A stretch of DNA of 64,000 nucleotides from Podarcis cretensis (Eukaryota), in contig OX638150.1 of assembly GCA_951804945.1 (NCBI GenBank), forward strand, positions 38,316,001 through 38,380,000. Direction: 5' to 3'. A program made the position numbers and the translations under genes. Positions within the stretch are counted from its first letter, which is position 1. Every line of letters begins with the position of its first letter. Under the pieces are notes generated by a model. That model was not told the DNA's origin. It did not search any database and was given only the letters and a program-made list of their open reading frames with translations. Of this stretch, positions 48,901-61,175 are shown in pieces.

Positions 48901-51146
48901 CACTCTATTGGGATCATTCACAGACTCCACTAGCTCCAAATCCTCAGGCTCCCCCCACTCTTCCTCCTGGCCATACCATCCCCTCCATGAAATTTCCATA
49001 GGCAAAGGCACCTCTTGCAAGAAACTCTGTTGTGCATGCAAACTCAGTGCTAAGTAGGACTGAACCCCTCATACATTGGATTATATGTGGGGAGCTCAGT
49101 CCAGCTTGGTCTGGATGTGTGAGAGAACTCCTCCCTGAGGAAACTCTCTAGTGTACCCAGTGCTTTTTTCACTTTTTCCCAACATTTGAAAAAGAAAGAT
49201 GCCAATACTCTGTACCCTTGAGTACCTACAGAAAAAAAGCACTGAGTGCATCCAAGGTTTCTCAGTTTGGCTGCTCTTTGAAGTGCCAAAGTCAGGGCTT
49301 CAAAGCACCTCACAAAGAACAAGGAACTGCTAAAGGAAGGCTTTTTTCCTGACTTCAGGACTTCAAAGCACCAAAACACTTGATGTCATTTGTTACATTA
49401 CATGACTGACAGGTGGGCAGCCCCATCCACCTTTTAAGGCAGATGCTGATGCAGCTCTGGTCTGTGGACTATGCTAAAATCATGGAGCTCTGTACTATGC
49501 TAAAATCGTATCTATTTGAAATACCTACACACACCCCAACACTGTGGGGAGCAGTGAATAGTCTCCCAAGCAGGGGGTCAAATACACCCATAGAAAAGAC
49601 ACTGACAAAAAGACAGGTGCCTAAACTGCTTGCTATTGTGTGTTTTTTTTTTTAATACCCCCCCCCAATCCAAACCAAACATCTCAGTGTCAAGCAAAAA
49701 CAGAGTTGTACTACAGTGGTGCCTCGCAAGACGAAAAGAATCCGTTTCGCGATTCTCTTCGTCTAGCGGTTTTTTCGTCTTGCGAAGCAAGCCCATTGAC
49801 GGCTTAGCGGATTAGCGCTATTAGCGGTTTAGCGGCTTTTAGCGGCTTTTAGCGGCTTATCGGCTTAGCGGATAAGCGGCTTAGAAAAAGGGGGGGAGGG
49901 GGGGAAAACCCGCAGGAACTCGCAAGACATTTTCGTCTTGTGAAGCAAGCCCATAGGAAATTCGTTTTGCGAAGCACCTCCAAAACGGAAAACTCTTTCG
50001 TCTAGCGAGTTTTCCGTCTTGCGAGGCATTCGTCTTGCGGGGCATCACTGTATTTGATAAAAACTGCTTGGGGGGCTTTTCCAAGTTTCCCCCTTGATAA
50101 AGACATTTTCCAAGAAGACGTGAGAATATCATCAATCCATGTAAACTACTATTTCTTTTGTAAAGCTGTGAATGGCATCTGCTCTCCCATTTCCATGGAA
50201 GATATGCGATATAGCTATGTAATATATTTATGGACACATATTTATATATTTGGCATTTTGTGCCAAAGGTTACTTTCTGTGCTCAAGAGCTGTGTGGATT
50301 TGTTGATGATCTATACTCTGTCAAAAGGATTCCCACTTGTCCTTATGCTTAAGATTTTCCACTGGCACAATATAATGTTTTCCTACCAATTCACCACTGT
50401 CCAATTGAAATGGGTAATGGTAGTGGCGCCTTCATTGTCCTCTGACCAGGCAAAGTCCACTCTTGGAACACAGTGTTCCAGTTCTCCATTGCAAGCCATA
50501 GAGAAGTAAATCTCCATCCTATTATTATTATTAGGAAAGCTATTTATAACAGTGCTCTTTTTCTTCTAAGAGTAGTTATAAATAATGAGCAGCTATAAAT
50601 AATAACTGTTTATCTTTCTCTCTCGCGCCTTCTCCTTTCATGTCCTGCATATATTTTGAGTTATTTAAACTATGTTCTAGCAGAGCAGAGGCAGACCGGA
50701 TGGGGTGAGGAAAGATCCCCACCCCTGGACGTGCTAAAGTCACTGAAGATCGTGAAGTAGAGAGAACTCAAGAGGATTTGTACTTCTATGATTCCTAAGT
50801 CTCTACAGTGAAGATTAAAATGGACCCTTAGTAAATACAGGGATTGTACTAATATCAAACAATATGAAAAAATTAAATGCCTTGCTAGCTTGCAACCAGA
50901 ATTTCTTAAATCCGACAACCCAGCTTTATGATTTCTGGAGACACAGGGGATGAAAATAGAGATCTCTTGAGCATTCTGTTTGTTTGTTTACAGGACAATC
51001 CTGCAGAATAATACTAGGGGAGGTCATTTTTGCTCATCCCCCCCCCCCAATACAGCCCTTGTGAACTCTGAAAATCCACTCTAGAGGGTAGGGGGACTTT
51101 CTGGAATAGCATGGAAGGGGTCCCAGGTGTGTGTATATAGGGATAT

Positions 51147-51186
<40 letters not shown>

Positions 51187-54100
51187 AAAATCGCCTCCCC
51201 ACCTTCTGTCAGCCAAAGACTTCACTGGATCTAAGGTCCTTCTCTCAAGTCCTTCCATTTAAGAAGAGCAACTCCGGGCATATGGACAAATGTTATAAAG
51301 AGCAGCTCTGGGCATATAGATGTTGCTCCTCCATTCATGTATGATAAGGGACTTCTACTGTCTCCCTATTCCATTTGCAACATTTCCCACACCATTTCCA
51401 ATCACCAGGAGCAGGTTTTGATGGGTACAGGCTGCAGAAGATGTAAAAGTCCCATTCCAGGAGGGTGAATTCTGTTCCTTTCACAGAAGGAAAAATAGGA
51501 TCCAAGCTACAGAATTGTATGGCTGGGAAACTGGATCAGACCCATCAACTGACCCTTCTGGAATTAGTTGCCAGCTGAAATTAGGCACCTGCTTGATGTC
51601 TGAGTGGCTATCACTGCCTTCTTATTTAAGAAGACTTTCCTTGAAGTGTGACCCAGTCATTTACTGGAACGTTTACTGGAATACTGACTGAATTTTTTTT
51701 TAAATGGCTTCATTGTTTTTAAGACTCAGTATCTTTGGTATTTTATCCCATATTACCTTATTGTACATCACTTCAATAGCTTCTTACTGTTCATGAATTC
51801 ATAAAAACAACAACTGCAGCCACTGAATATTTCAAACCATCTTATTATTTAGAAAGACACACTAACTCACTTGACTTATTTTGAACCACCTATGACAGAT
51901 ACAGTATAAGCATGAAGTGTTGTTGCTGCCACGGTGATACAAGCTTGTGGACAAGTGTTGGGCAGAGGTGCATGTCAGAAAACATGAGAAGGAGGGCAGG
52001 TAACTCTGTAGGCATACAGCATCTTCTCTGTGTGAACCACAACATCAAGAGCAGATATCATATACTATTTTACATGAATTTCACAAAAATGAATGCATGT
52101 GTTTCTAAAACTGAGCATTTCTACAGTGCTAACATAGCCACAAATTGCTGAATTTGGCCCAGAACCCCATACACAATGCCGATTGAAAAACTTGTTGGCT
52201 GTTGATCCTTTTGCTGAATATAAATGCCGTGTGTTCATGTTTGGATAAACTATTTGCAAAGCTTTAGATAAATGAGCTTATGAAAGTGAGAATAAGATAC
52301 TGCTGGTAGTCTGTAGGAATATAAAGTAGTCAAGACAGAACAGGCCAAGGAACACATCCATGCTAGTATTCGCCTTCCAAAATGTCAAGACCGGGTGTGC
52401 TTAAGTGAAAGCAAGTTATTTACTAAGGGACTAACGGAAGCAGGTGTCTCACTAATGGAGACAGAAACCAATGAAAGAAGTGAATTTCCAAGTTACCTTT
52501 CCCGAATAAATTCCGCCATCTCTTTTTGCATTTGCTTTCCTTTCAGTTGTTTCTGTAGAAGAATTTCAAATCCCGAGACGGTGCTGTTTCCTTGAGGATC
52601 CTTCTTATCAGTCTAAAGGAAATGTGCAGTTAGAATATATGCCACACTAGAGGCGTCAGAAGATGTGCCAAAGCACTTAGCAGCTCTGGCACGCAGCAGA
52701 TATCGGAAAGTGGGCTAAGAATTACCTCAAACGCCCCCAAGTCACAAGCTGGCAATTCTATTCAGGATATTTTTGCCTAATGCAACAAATACAACAGCTG
52801 CTAGCGGATCTTCAAAGACGACTTCAATAGAGCTAGCAGAATTTCCAGCAAATACCAGATCATTGCCACTAGGGGCTGCTCTGGCATATATGAAACAGGT
52901 AGTTAAACAGCAGCAGATTCTGTGTTAATAGGAATTGACAGTATTAATATAAGGGAGAAAACAACCCATGCTTGTGTCAGGGACAAATGACCAAGGTCAG
53001 AACTAGCCACATATTTTTTTACAAACTGGCATATAGGCTTCTCTTCCCCAGACTCTTACTCAGAATACCTCCTGGCCTACCACAGAAGCCTTGCTCCCTG
53101 GACAGTTCCTACCTCTTTTCTATCCATTCTCTCCCTCCCCCACTTATTTGTTGTTTCCCTACTGCTTCTTTATCCCTGCAGGGCAATATTGCACAGTGGG
53201 TGCTGCAAGATTTCCATTTCTGGCAACCTCTAGTTGTGCAAGAGAATTCTGATGCTGTACATCTAACGTTTTGCATGCACTTGGAAATATCACATGAAAT
53301 GTAAAAGAGAAAACAAAATGGTTCCTCGGATGCATGGAACTCAATTGAACTCCCCTCTGCCCTCATTCTTTGTGAAGACAACCACATTTTTTTTTTTTAT
53401 CAAGAAAGTCTAAATCATCTAATTTTATTGTTTACAAAAAAAAAAAAAATACACCTGCCCCTCAACCACAAATATTCTGGTTGTAGAAAAACTACATCCA
53501 ACTCTGATATAATATTTGCAAATTCCCCTTCCCCTTTCAGCCATTTGTGTCTGAATGAAGCAAATCATGTTGGAGCCGAATTATGCTAAGCACTTATTAC
53601 AGAACAGGGCTCCAGTCCAATTGGGCTGTGGGTTCTCAGGTGATGATTACTCGTGAGTTTTGTCCAGTGTAAGTAGTTTGGCCATCTTGTTCCTTATACT
53701 ATTCTCATCTAAAGTTATCATTACATTTGAAGTTGCAGGGAATTCTCTTATTTCTCTAAAACTTATCTACTCCAATTTTTTTACAAAAGTTAAAGGAGGT
53801 GTATACTGTAATCCAAAACTAAAGTCCATACTCAGATAATTTATTACCCCCTTATTACTATCCAGCTCTCCAGGCTAACCAATCAACAATTATTAAGAGA
53901 GCTCATCCCAGCATCCTGGGGACCCCAGACCCCTTTCTGGAAAGGTCTAAGATAAGAAAGGGGAATAATGGCTGCATCAGGCTTAGGCAAACTCAGACCT
54001 CCAGAAGTTTTGAGACTACAATTCCCATAATCCCTGACCACTGGTCCTATTTGCTAGGGATGATGGGAGTTGTAGTCCCAAAACATATGGAGGGCCAAGT

Positions 54101-57100
54101 TTGCCTATGCCTGGGCTACACTTTAACATGATGCATTTGTAGAGGACCAGATGGGATGACAGCAAATCAGGAAGATGGTGCTTGAGCACATACATGCTGC
54201 CCAGATTTGTATGATGCTGGCTTCCGGGGTTACAAGCCCCAGAATATGACTCAACATAGGAGCCCATTGTAGTCACCCAGTCTTGTGTAATATGGCTGCA
54301 ATGCAATTAGGTTGTGGAGGTGGGGAAACAACTTCTCCAACATCTTATGCACCTCCTTCCAAGCTTGGATTTTAACCATGTTTGCTAACAGAGATTTTAG
54401 CAATATGCTACGTACTGTATGAATCCCGGTTGCTGCAGTAAAGAGCATATGGGTGGCTGCTCACTTACCCAGAAATAATCGCAGTAGCTCCATTCAGAAG
54501 GTTTCAGCAACTGCTGCTCTGGCATTGCGTCAGGGTGGGGGAACGTCACACAGTTTATCTGACAAAAAGGAAAGAGGAATATATTGGACGTGCAAAGCAG
54601 TTCAGAAACATAGATGCATGTATACAAAAGCTGCATAAATGCAACGCAGCTGGCTTAGGTTCTTGCTGAATGTAATGCTCGCTTTAACCAGGAGATGTCA
54701 TAGAACGCAGATGTAAGAGATTTTGTGTGGCTGAAAGTCGCTGCAATATCTAGGAAGCAGACTCTAAGCAAAACAGGATCTCTGATCATCAAACCCTGCA
54801 TGCCTCCTTCTTTTATTTAAAAGAAGAGGGAGGATAAAACTAAGAATGTGCAGTACTTATTGTTAGACTAAAAGCGCAATACTAGGTATGTCTACCTCGA
54901 CTTACTTCTAAGCCCAAGTCCAAGCATGCATTGAATCCAATGGGGTTTATGGTCAGGGAAGTGGGGCTAGGATTGCAGTTTAAATCTTACTACCCTCAAA
55001 ATTGTTTGGATGTTCCTTCTTAAACAGGAACCTTTATGTTTGCCTTGCAATTTCACTTTAGTGATGAAATTCAAAAGGCAACCACTTCACTAAAAATGTG
55101 GAAATTCCTCAAATGTTTCACCCAAACAGGAACCTCCATGTTTGCCTTATCATTTCACTTTTTGGTGAAATCTAGTAGCAGCTCTAGGTAAAATCATTTC
55201 TAACTTGGATCGGATGTCATTAAATGAGTTAAAGCTGCCTAAGGGATCTTACAAATGGAAAACCAAATTTTACACAACAGCCTATGCCAGAAGTACACAG
55301 AAAGTCCCAGTGAAGCTAATGGACACAATGGAGAAAAAACCAGATTAATAATAAAATCATTAGACTAATATTCAGATGTTGCACTTCAATGCATATTTTT
55401 TAAAAAGCGCAACTGAAAATTATTCCTCTCTGGATCTATAATTCACTAATTTAATTCATGAAGCCTGACAGAAAGCATTTATTTAAATTTATAATCCATA
55501 CAACTGCTTCATCTTGGGACAAGAAACAGATACTATAGTGCATGCCAAAATGCAAAGTTCTCAACGGTTTAGAGAGATTAGTGGGCTTGAGCTTTGATGA
55601 AGCTTCCTAGTTAGAGAGCGACCAAAAAGACCTCCTTAAATGCCCTTACTGTGTTGTTGACAGTGTACTTGACAAACAGAAAGCAGTATCAAGAAGCTGT
55701 AGGGGACATTTAAAATATAATCTGCAAGCGCTCACAAAAATTGGGAGGGAAAGGATGATCAAGTTATTGCGTACAATTATTTTAAGCTATGAATCTCTTG
55801 GCCCTGTAAGAGGACTTGGGACATGTGTGTATGATTCTCCTAATAACACCAGGACAAAATCAAGGATGTACAGGGGCTTATCTCCTTATTGCTATGGTGG
55901 CACTAAACCCAGTCCTTTTGTGGGGTACCTTGATAACCTCACTCATTGAAGAAGAAAAAGAAGGGAAGCCTTGTTCAAATGTCACCGTTTTCCTGCCAGG
56001 GGAGAGGAAGAGCCTGCTTCTCTCTTTTTGAAACAAAGATGCTTGCTCTAGTGTTGGAGATGGATGGGGAAAGAACACACAGTTCAAAGAAAAATGTGTT
56101 TTTAACTAAATGTTCTCAGAAATGTGGAGGAGAGGTTAGACTTGTCTCCTTTCTATAGAACCACACAACAGCTTGGGTGGATGAGCAAACCTACTTCCAT
56201 ATATATAAGAAAAGCATTTTTTAAAAAATTAAAAAAATAAACTTTTTAAATACACCCATGCAAGAAATATTAATACAAGCAGAAGGCAGGGGGCTGCACA
56301 TGCCATCCCAGTCCCAATAATCACCCCATGCACTGGCCACAGCTTCACCGTTTCCAACTGTCCCATGCAGAGTGAAGAAGGTATAAAGGGGGCTATTTGC
56401 ATGCGTTCGCCTGAACTGTGCCACGTGTTCAAGTGAACACAGATGGAAGCCTTATTCACGCCATTCCCAACCAAAACAGTAAGGCCAAGGACATGGTAAG
56501 GCAGGGAAGGGGACACTGTGAGTGGGGACACTGTGAACAGCCCCATGTCACCTACTTGTGTTAATTGGCTCAATTGCCCAGACAAAGCTATCCAGATTAG
56601 GGGCATGTGTGAACTTGCAACAGGCACTGCCCAACAGACAACTGGGACAGTCAAAGGTACATTAGTACCTCAGGTTACAAACACCTCGAGTTACAAACAC
56701 TTAAGGTTACATACTCCGCTAACTCAGAAGAAGTACCTCAGGTTAAGAACTTTACCTCAGGATGAGAACAGAAATTGTGCGCTGGCGGCGTGGCAGCAGC
56801 AGGAGGCCCCATTAGCTAAAGTGGTACCTCAGGTTAAGAACGGTTTCAGGTTAAGAAGGGACCTCCGGAACGAATTAAGTTCATAAGCAGAGGTACCACT
56901 GTATATCTTTTCTGTTGTAGCTGTGCTGACAATGCATTTGGATTTGTTTCACTTTTCTAGGGTATAGCTTGAAACACTACAAAATACATATAAATTGGGT
57001 TGACCCGATAGCCAGAAAGAACTCATGCACAAAGAAGTCAAGGTGTCCAGCAGTCAAAGGTGATTCTGTAATATGAAGACTGAAATGGTTCAGACAATCG

Positions 57101-60100
57101 TATATCGGTTTAATAAACCAAGATATGAATGAGCCTTTTCCTCCTTTCTTGCCCCTCCGTCTGGTACAAGCTATAATTAAATGAGGAAGCTTCTAACTAA
57201 CTACAGTTTCCTGTTAAGTCTGAACCAGGAAAACCTTGGAACAAGCCAGGATATTAAACAAACTTCAATTCATAGTTGAATACCCTGGCTTGTTCTAATG
57301 CTAGTAACTGGAGTTTCCCAGAATGAATAAAAACCAAAAACTAAGTTTAGAGACTACCTGGTTTATATTGTGGCTCACTGAAAAGGAACAAAGGTGCTGG
57401 GTGTGTGAGCAAGAGGCTTGCTCATAACTTGGCTTCCTTAGGTATAGATATGATCATCCAAATGTGGCCAGAAATTGGTCATAACCTGAACAGGAACACC
57501 ACAGAAAAAGAAGTGTCCTTGCTGGTAATGCTAACAAGAGAGTGCACTGGAGTTGCTCTTATTAAATGGCAACAAGCAGAATTTTTATTTTATTTTTTGG
57601 CAGGGAGGAAAATTAACATCCATGAAAACTGGAATGGTAACACAAAAGAAAGAGTGTTTCATTCAAGTCGTAGGATGGGATCACAGAAGTTATGAAACAC
57701 TGGAATGCAAAGAACCACATCCAACATATGTAACTCTAAGCCTCTCATGTGGTTGTCAATTGCCAGAAAGGTCAAGTTGCTTCATTTTCAGCAGAGAGGG
57801 TTTTTAAATATATATTTTAGCACTTGTTGGCACCTGAAGGGTGTCGCTGCATGGTGGATTATCACTTGCTTACAACGTGGTTTGGAGACATTTCCAGATG
57901 TTTCGAATTTCTGCTAAAACTTCTTAGCGGAGTATTTCCACTGGATGTGACCAAGTTTTAAGAGCACAATTTCTCATCCAAACTGCTGTAGGAGAAAATG
58001 CCACACGGGGAGTGTATATGTGAGACAGATCTTTAAGTCCTGTGTGCTGCAGCAGAGAAAGCTGGAAGAGGAGCATATAAAGGAGCGTTTGTGTCACAGG
58101 AAGAAGTTGGTAATTTTTAGACCTCGGACTTAATGGTCTTACATGCCTATCTTTTTAGATCAGTGTCTCTCAAACTTGAGTCACCAGCTATTGCTGGACT
58201 ACAGCTCCCATCATCCCACTAGCCCTACTAGCTAGGGATGATGGGAGTTGTAGTCCAACAACAGCTGGGAACCCAATTTTGAGAAAAATTACTTCAGTTG
58301 TGAAGCACAATCAACATTTCTCCTCTCTCACCCACTACCCCCAGAAAGTTAGTAACTTCTGTATATTACCCATGAGAAACATGGCTGTGTTCACACATAC
58401 AGCTAAACCACAGTTTGGTGCAACAGGAATGAGCCCCTCAAGCTTATGACTACTCCTATGTGCTGTGAAGGACTTTTGACTGTGGTTTATTGACAAACAA
58501 CAGTTTGCCTCGGTGTCAGAAAAGTCAAATGACTAATTGTGCTGTCCTGCAAATCTGGTAATCCCGCTTTACCGGAAGCACAAACCATAATTTGGCATTT
58601 CCAACATTGAGACCAACTTTGGTTGGCCTCTAAACTACAGAAAGAAGTCCTAAACTGTGATGCGCAGGGGGCAGACAGAGGAGGAGGAGGAGGCGAGAAG
58701 TGAACCAATCAGTCCTTGGAGTTTGGCATTATGTGTGAATTCAGTCAGCTGAAAAGGGCACTTCATAACATATTCCTCAGAAGAAAGATGCAACTCCAGT
58801 TGACTCAGTTGGTCAGAGCATGGTGCTGGGGTTGTGGGTTCGATTCCCATATGAGTTGCCTGCATTTTCCTGCATTGCAGGGGTTTGGACTAGATGACCC
58901 CTGGGGTCCCTTTCCAACTCTACAATGCTATGATTCTAAGCGAACGCTTTGTGGCATCCAATAAAAATCCCTTCTCAAAAATCAAGTGCTGGGCTTGAGG
59001 AAAAGAGTGGGAGGGAACCTGTGGTGCGGTACGTGCATGTATGTGTTCTTTGCTTCCTCTCCTGGTCAAGCTCAGTGGCATGGTTCTGCCAAAAAATAAT
59101 TTCACTGTGGTCGGGACACTGCATGGCAGATGCAACATTTGAATCCATTTGACACTTGGATGAGATGGGCCATATAGAAAAACACCTGCACCACTGTTGC
59201 TGACCCCCCAGGAGGTACAATATTAATGCAGATACTCAGAACCATGATACAGATGACCCACTTATGAGGCTGTTTCCAAATATTACTGTAGCCTCAAAGA
59301 GCTTCAAAAATGATTCTTGACAAAGCCATTCACAAAGAGCAGTATTTTTTATTTTATCCTGCCTTTCCTCCAAGGTGCTCACAACAACCCCATGAGTTCG
59401 GTCAGACTGAGAGTTGGTGGGTGGCCCAACACTGTCCAGTGAATTTCATGGCTTAGTGGGGATTTGAACCCTGGTCTCCCAAGTCACAGTACAGCACTTT
59501 AACCCAGGGGTGCCTAACCAGGGCACCACAATGGATTGAATCATCCCTAACTCCAGCTGCAATGTAATTGTGCCTTAGGATTAAGGTAATCACCCCTTTC
59601 AGCCTTCAGTTTTGTTACTACATGTATGGCAGCTGAGCAGTAGTAATAAAACACACTGCTTCCGTTTCTTCAACTGCCTCTGACTGAATGGGGTTATCCC
59701 CACAGCTAGGTCTTCTGTACACAGCCAGCTGTTCTACACCCCCTGCACCCCCTTTAAGTTCTGGGTTTTGTTTTGTTTCATGTTGATGGGGTGAAGTACG
59801 GAGCAAAAAATGTTGAAACAGCCCCAGACACCCCTCACAAGATCTGAGGTTGCTGCTTTACGTCCCTTTCAACTGAGAATAAGTGTAAGCCATTAAGAGA
59901 GTGCATTATTTCTTCCATAAAGTGCAAAATCCGTGGGGGAAAACACACCTGAAGTCCAACACCCATACCAAATGAGCAGTTTTTGCTTGTGTTTTCTCTC
60001 TCGTTTTAGAGAGCCCAAACCATGAAAGGGGGGTGAAGGAGGCAGAAACATTCAAACTAAATCTCAAACCTGGGAAAACTGAGTGGCAGCACCAAACATC

Positions 60101-61175
60101 AATCCTGTCACAAAGAAAACAGCACTGACACTAATCACCACCTCATATTCTAGTCCCCCTAATGTTCTCTCCACCACCACTCCCGGTGCTCTAATTCACA
60201 CTGAGATGTGTCATGTTGTTTCAACAAATTCCTTTCCACTGCTGTAGCTAGCAAAAGAGCGAACCTCACACTTCCACAGGGAAATGTCCCCCACCCCTCG
60301 CTCTCTCTCTCTCTTAAATCATTGCAATCAAATCAAATATTTTGTTAACCATGGAGCCCGGATGGCTGGGCCAGGTTTCTGAGCAATAATGGATAAGTTT
60401 CTGGACTTAAGGAGTCAAAAGAGGTTTGCCAGGATTCAAAGGCTTGCATCTCATCCTCTCCTACTAAGAAATATCTAGCATGTTCGCGACCTCAGCCAAA
60501 GTGCATACTACGACAACTTCACGGGGCATCTTTTCAAAAAATATTCTTCTTCTTTCTATGGATCTTTAGCCCCTTCAGTCATCCATCAAAGCTGCAAAGG
60601 AAGCCAGCCTTGGGGGGGAACCCTGACTGTCAACTTTTTATCATTGTGTGTGCTGCCCACAGGAACACTCCATTCTTAAGATGACTTCATTGGCTATTAA
60701 TTGCTTCATCTACCCAGAAGCAACTTTGAACAAAAGGAAACACTGCTGCAACTATAATTTAAAAATCACAACAGAAAGAAGTGCCCCCACTCTCTCCTTT
60801 TGCTTTCTGACATTTCTTTCCTGTCTCTCTTTAACAGGCTCTCTGCTAGCTCCAGCCTTTTAAAAATGGCTTCAATGCAGCTACTGCTGTGGAAAGCAGG
60901 CACCGTGTTTACATCTGGAAAACATGAGGCAGACCCTTTCACACGGATTCAACACACCAACACATACACAGACGGACTGACGGCTCTCCTGCCCTGCAAT
61001 GCTACTTGCTCTGGTGACTAGATCACCATAGCAACTGGACTGGTGATCATCACGGTGGGATTCTACTTACCGTGAACGTGGTCTCCTTGTTCTGCTTTCG
61101 AGTAGGTGAGGGGGACCCAGGACTCTGAGGAGAGAGGCAAGAGGCATCGTCAAAACTGCACTCCACATCTGACAT
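39830..61175 (-). CDS. GAS7: Growth arrest-specific protein 7 (F-BAR), complete 336-aa short isoform; upstream SH3/WW exons of long isoforms lie beyond the window
   Basis: Join (minus) 61175-61071, 54558-54469, 52612-52497, 48312-48238, 45932-45854, 43573-43445, 42910-42787, 41020-40941, 40424-40326, 39943-39830 = 1011 nt, open, GT-AG. MSDVECSFDDASCLSPQ...WSYCDYFW...GNIRPVDMEI*. Confidence 0.96.
40326..40424 (-). CDS. GAS7: GAS7 exon 13 (ELERLEVERVEMIRQHLCQYTQLRHETDMFNQS)
   Basis: 99 nt, AG/GT. Confidence 0.96.
40941..41020 (-). CDS. GAS7: GAS7 exon 12 (DDLMRCVDLYNQAQSKWFEEMVTTSL)
   Basis: 80 nt, AG/GT. Confidence 0.96.
42787..42910 (-). CDS. GAS7: GAS7 exon 11 (ARKALSERQKDLEMKTQQLEIKLSNKTEEEIKKARRKSTQAG)
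   Basis: 124 nt, AG/GT. Confidence 0.96.
43445..43573 (-). CDS. GAS7: GAS7 exon 10 (LQAEVEKPLLNFRENFKKDMKKYDHHIADLRKQLVSRYASVEK)
   Basis: 129 nt, AG/GT. Confidence 0.96.
44992..45410 (+). mobile_element. L1 3' fragment
   Basis: WKEDAVPTKEEWLTKLMDYAKMSKLT, (TAA)n tail, TSD aactttgg(t/c)tggttca at 44976-44991 and 45411-45426. Confidence 0.88.
45854..45932 (-). CDS. GAS7: GAS7 exon 9 (TLGESWSQLKKSLADEAEVHLKFSSK)
   Basis: 79 nt, AG/GT. Confidence 0.96.
48238..48312 (-). CDS. GAS7: GAS7 exon 8 (IKIEEEYAKNLSKLSQNSLAAQEEG)
   Basis: 75 nt, AG/GT. Confidence 0.96.
48527..49397 (-). mobile_element. Possible LTR-derived insertion
   Basis: TGTAACA...TGTTACA termini, acidic low-complexity frame; TSD not clean. 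Confidence 0.4.
49712..50052. mobile_element. Tigger-like MITE with internal TTAGCGG-type tandem array
   Basis: TA-CAGTGGTGCCTCGCAAGACGAA...TTCGTCTTGCGGGGCATCACTG-TA. Confidence 0.9.
51144..51185. repeat. (ATTT)n microsatellite
   Basis: Seen directly. Confidence 0.95.
52497..52612 (-). CDS. GAS7: GAS7 exon 7 (TDKKDPQGNSTVSGFEILLQKQLKGKQMQKEMAEFIRER)
   Basis: 116 nt, AG/GT, FCH domain. Confidence 0.96.
54469..54558 (-). CDS. GAS7: GAS7 exon 6 (INCVTFPHPDAMPEQQLLKPSEWSYCDYFW)
   Basis: 90 nt, AG/GT. Confidence 0.96.
56658..56903. mobile_element. Tigger-like MITE (family of 2025-2212, inverted orientation)
   Basis: TA-CATTAGTACCTC...GAGGTACCACTG-TA. Confidence 0.88.
58795..58940 (+). mobile_element. 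tRNA-derived SINE with CR1-type tail (Squam3-like)
   Basis: A box tgactcagttgg, B box ggttcgattcc, tail ttccaactctacaatgctatgattcta. Confidence 0.75.
59345..59505 (-). mobile_element. MIR-like SINE fragment
   Basis: cacaacaaccccatgag...ggatttgaaccctggtctcc. Confidence 0.6.
61071..61175 (-). CDS. GAS7: GAS7 exon 5 (61124-61071, SPGSPSPTRKQNKETTFT) plus short-isoform 5' extension (61175-61125, MSDVECSFDDASCLSPQ)
   Basis: accATGt start, internal ctcctcag acceptor at 61126-61125, gtaagt donor. Confidence 0.9.

Noticed and set aside
49801-49885. CRISPR array or interstitial telomere
   Set aside because: Eukaryotic DNA with no spacers; the unit is TTAGCGG inside a MITE, not TTAGGG.
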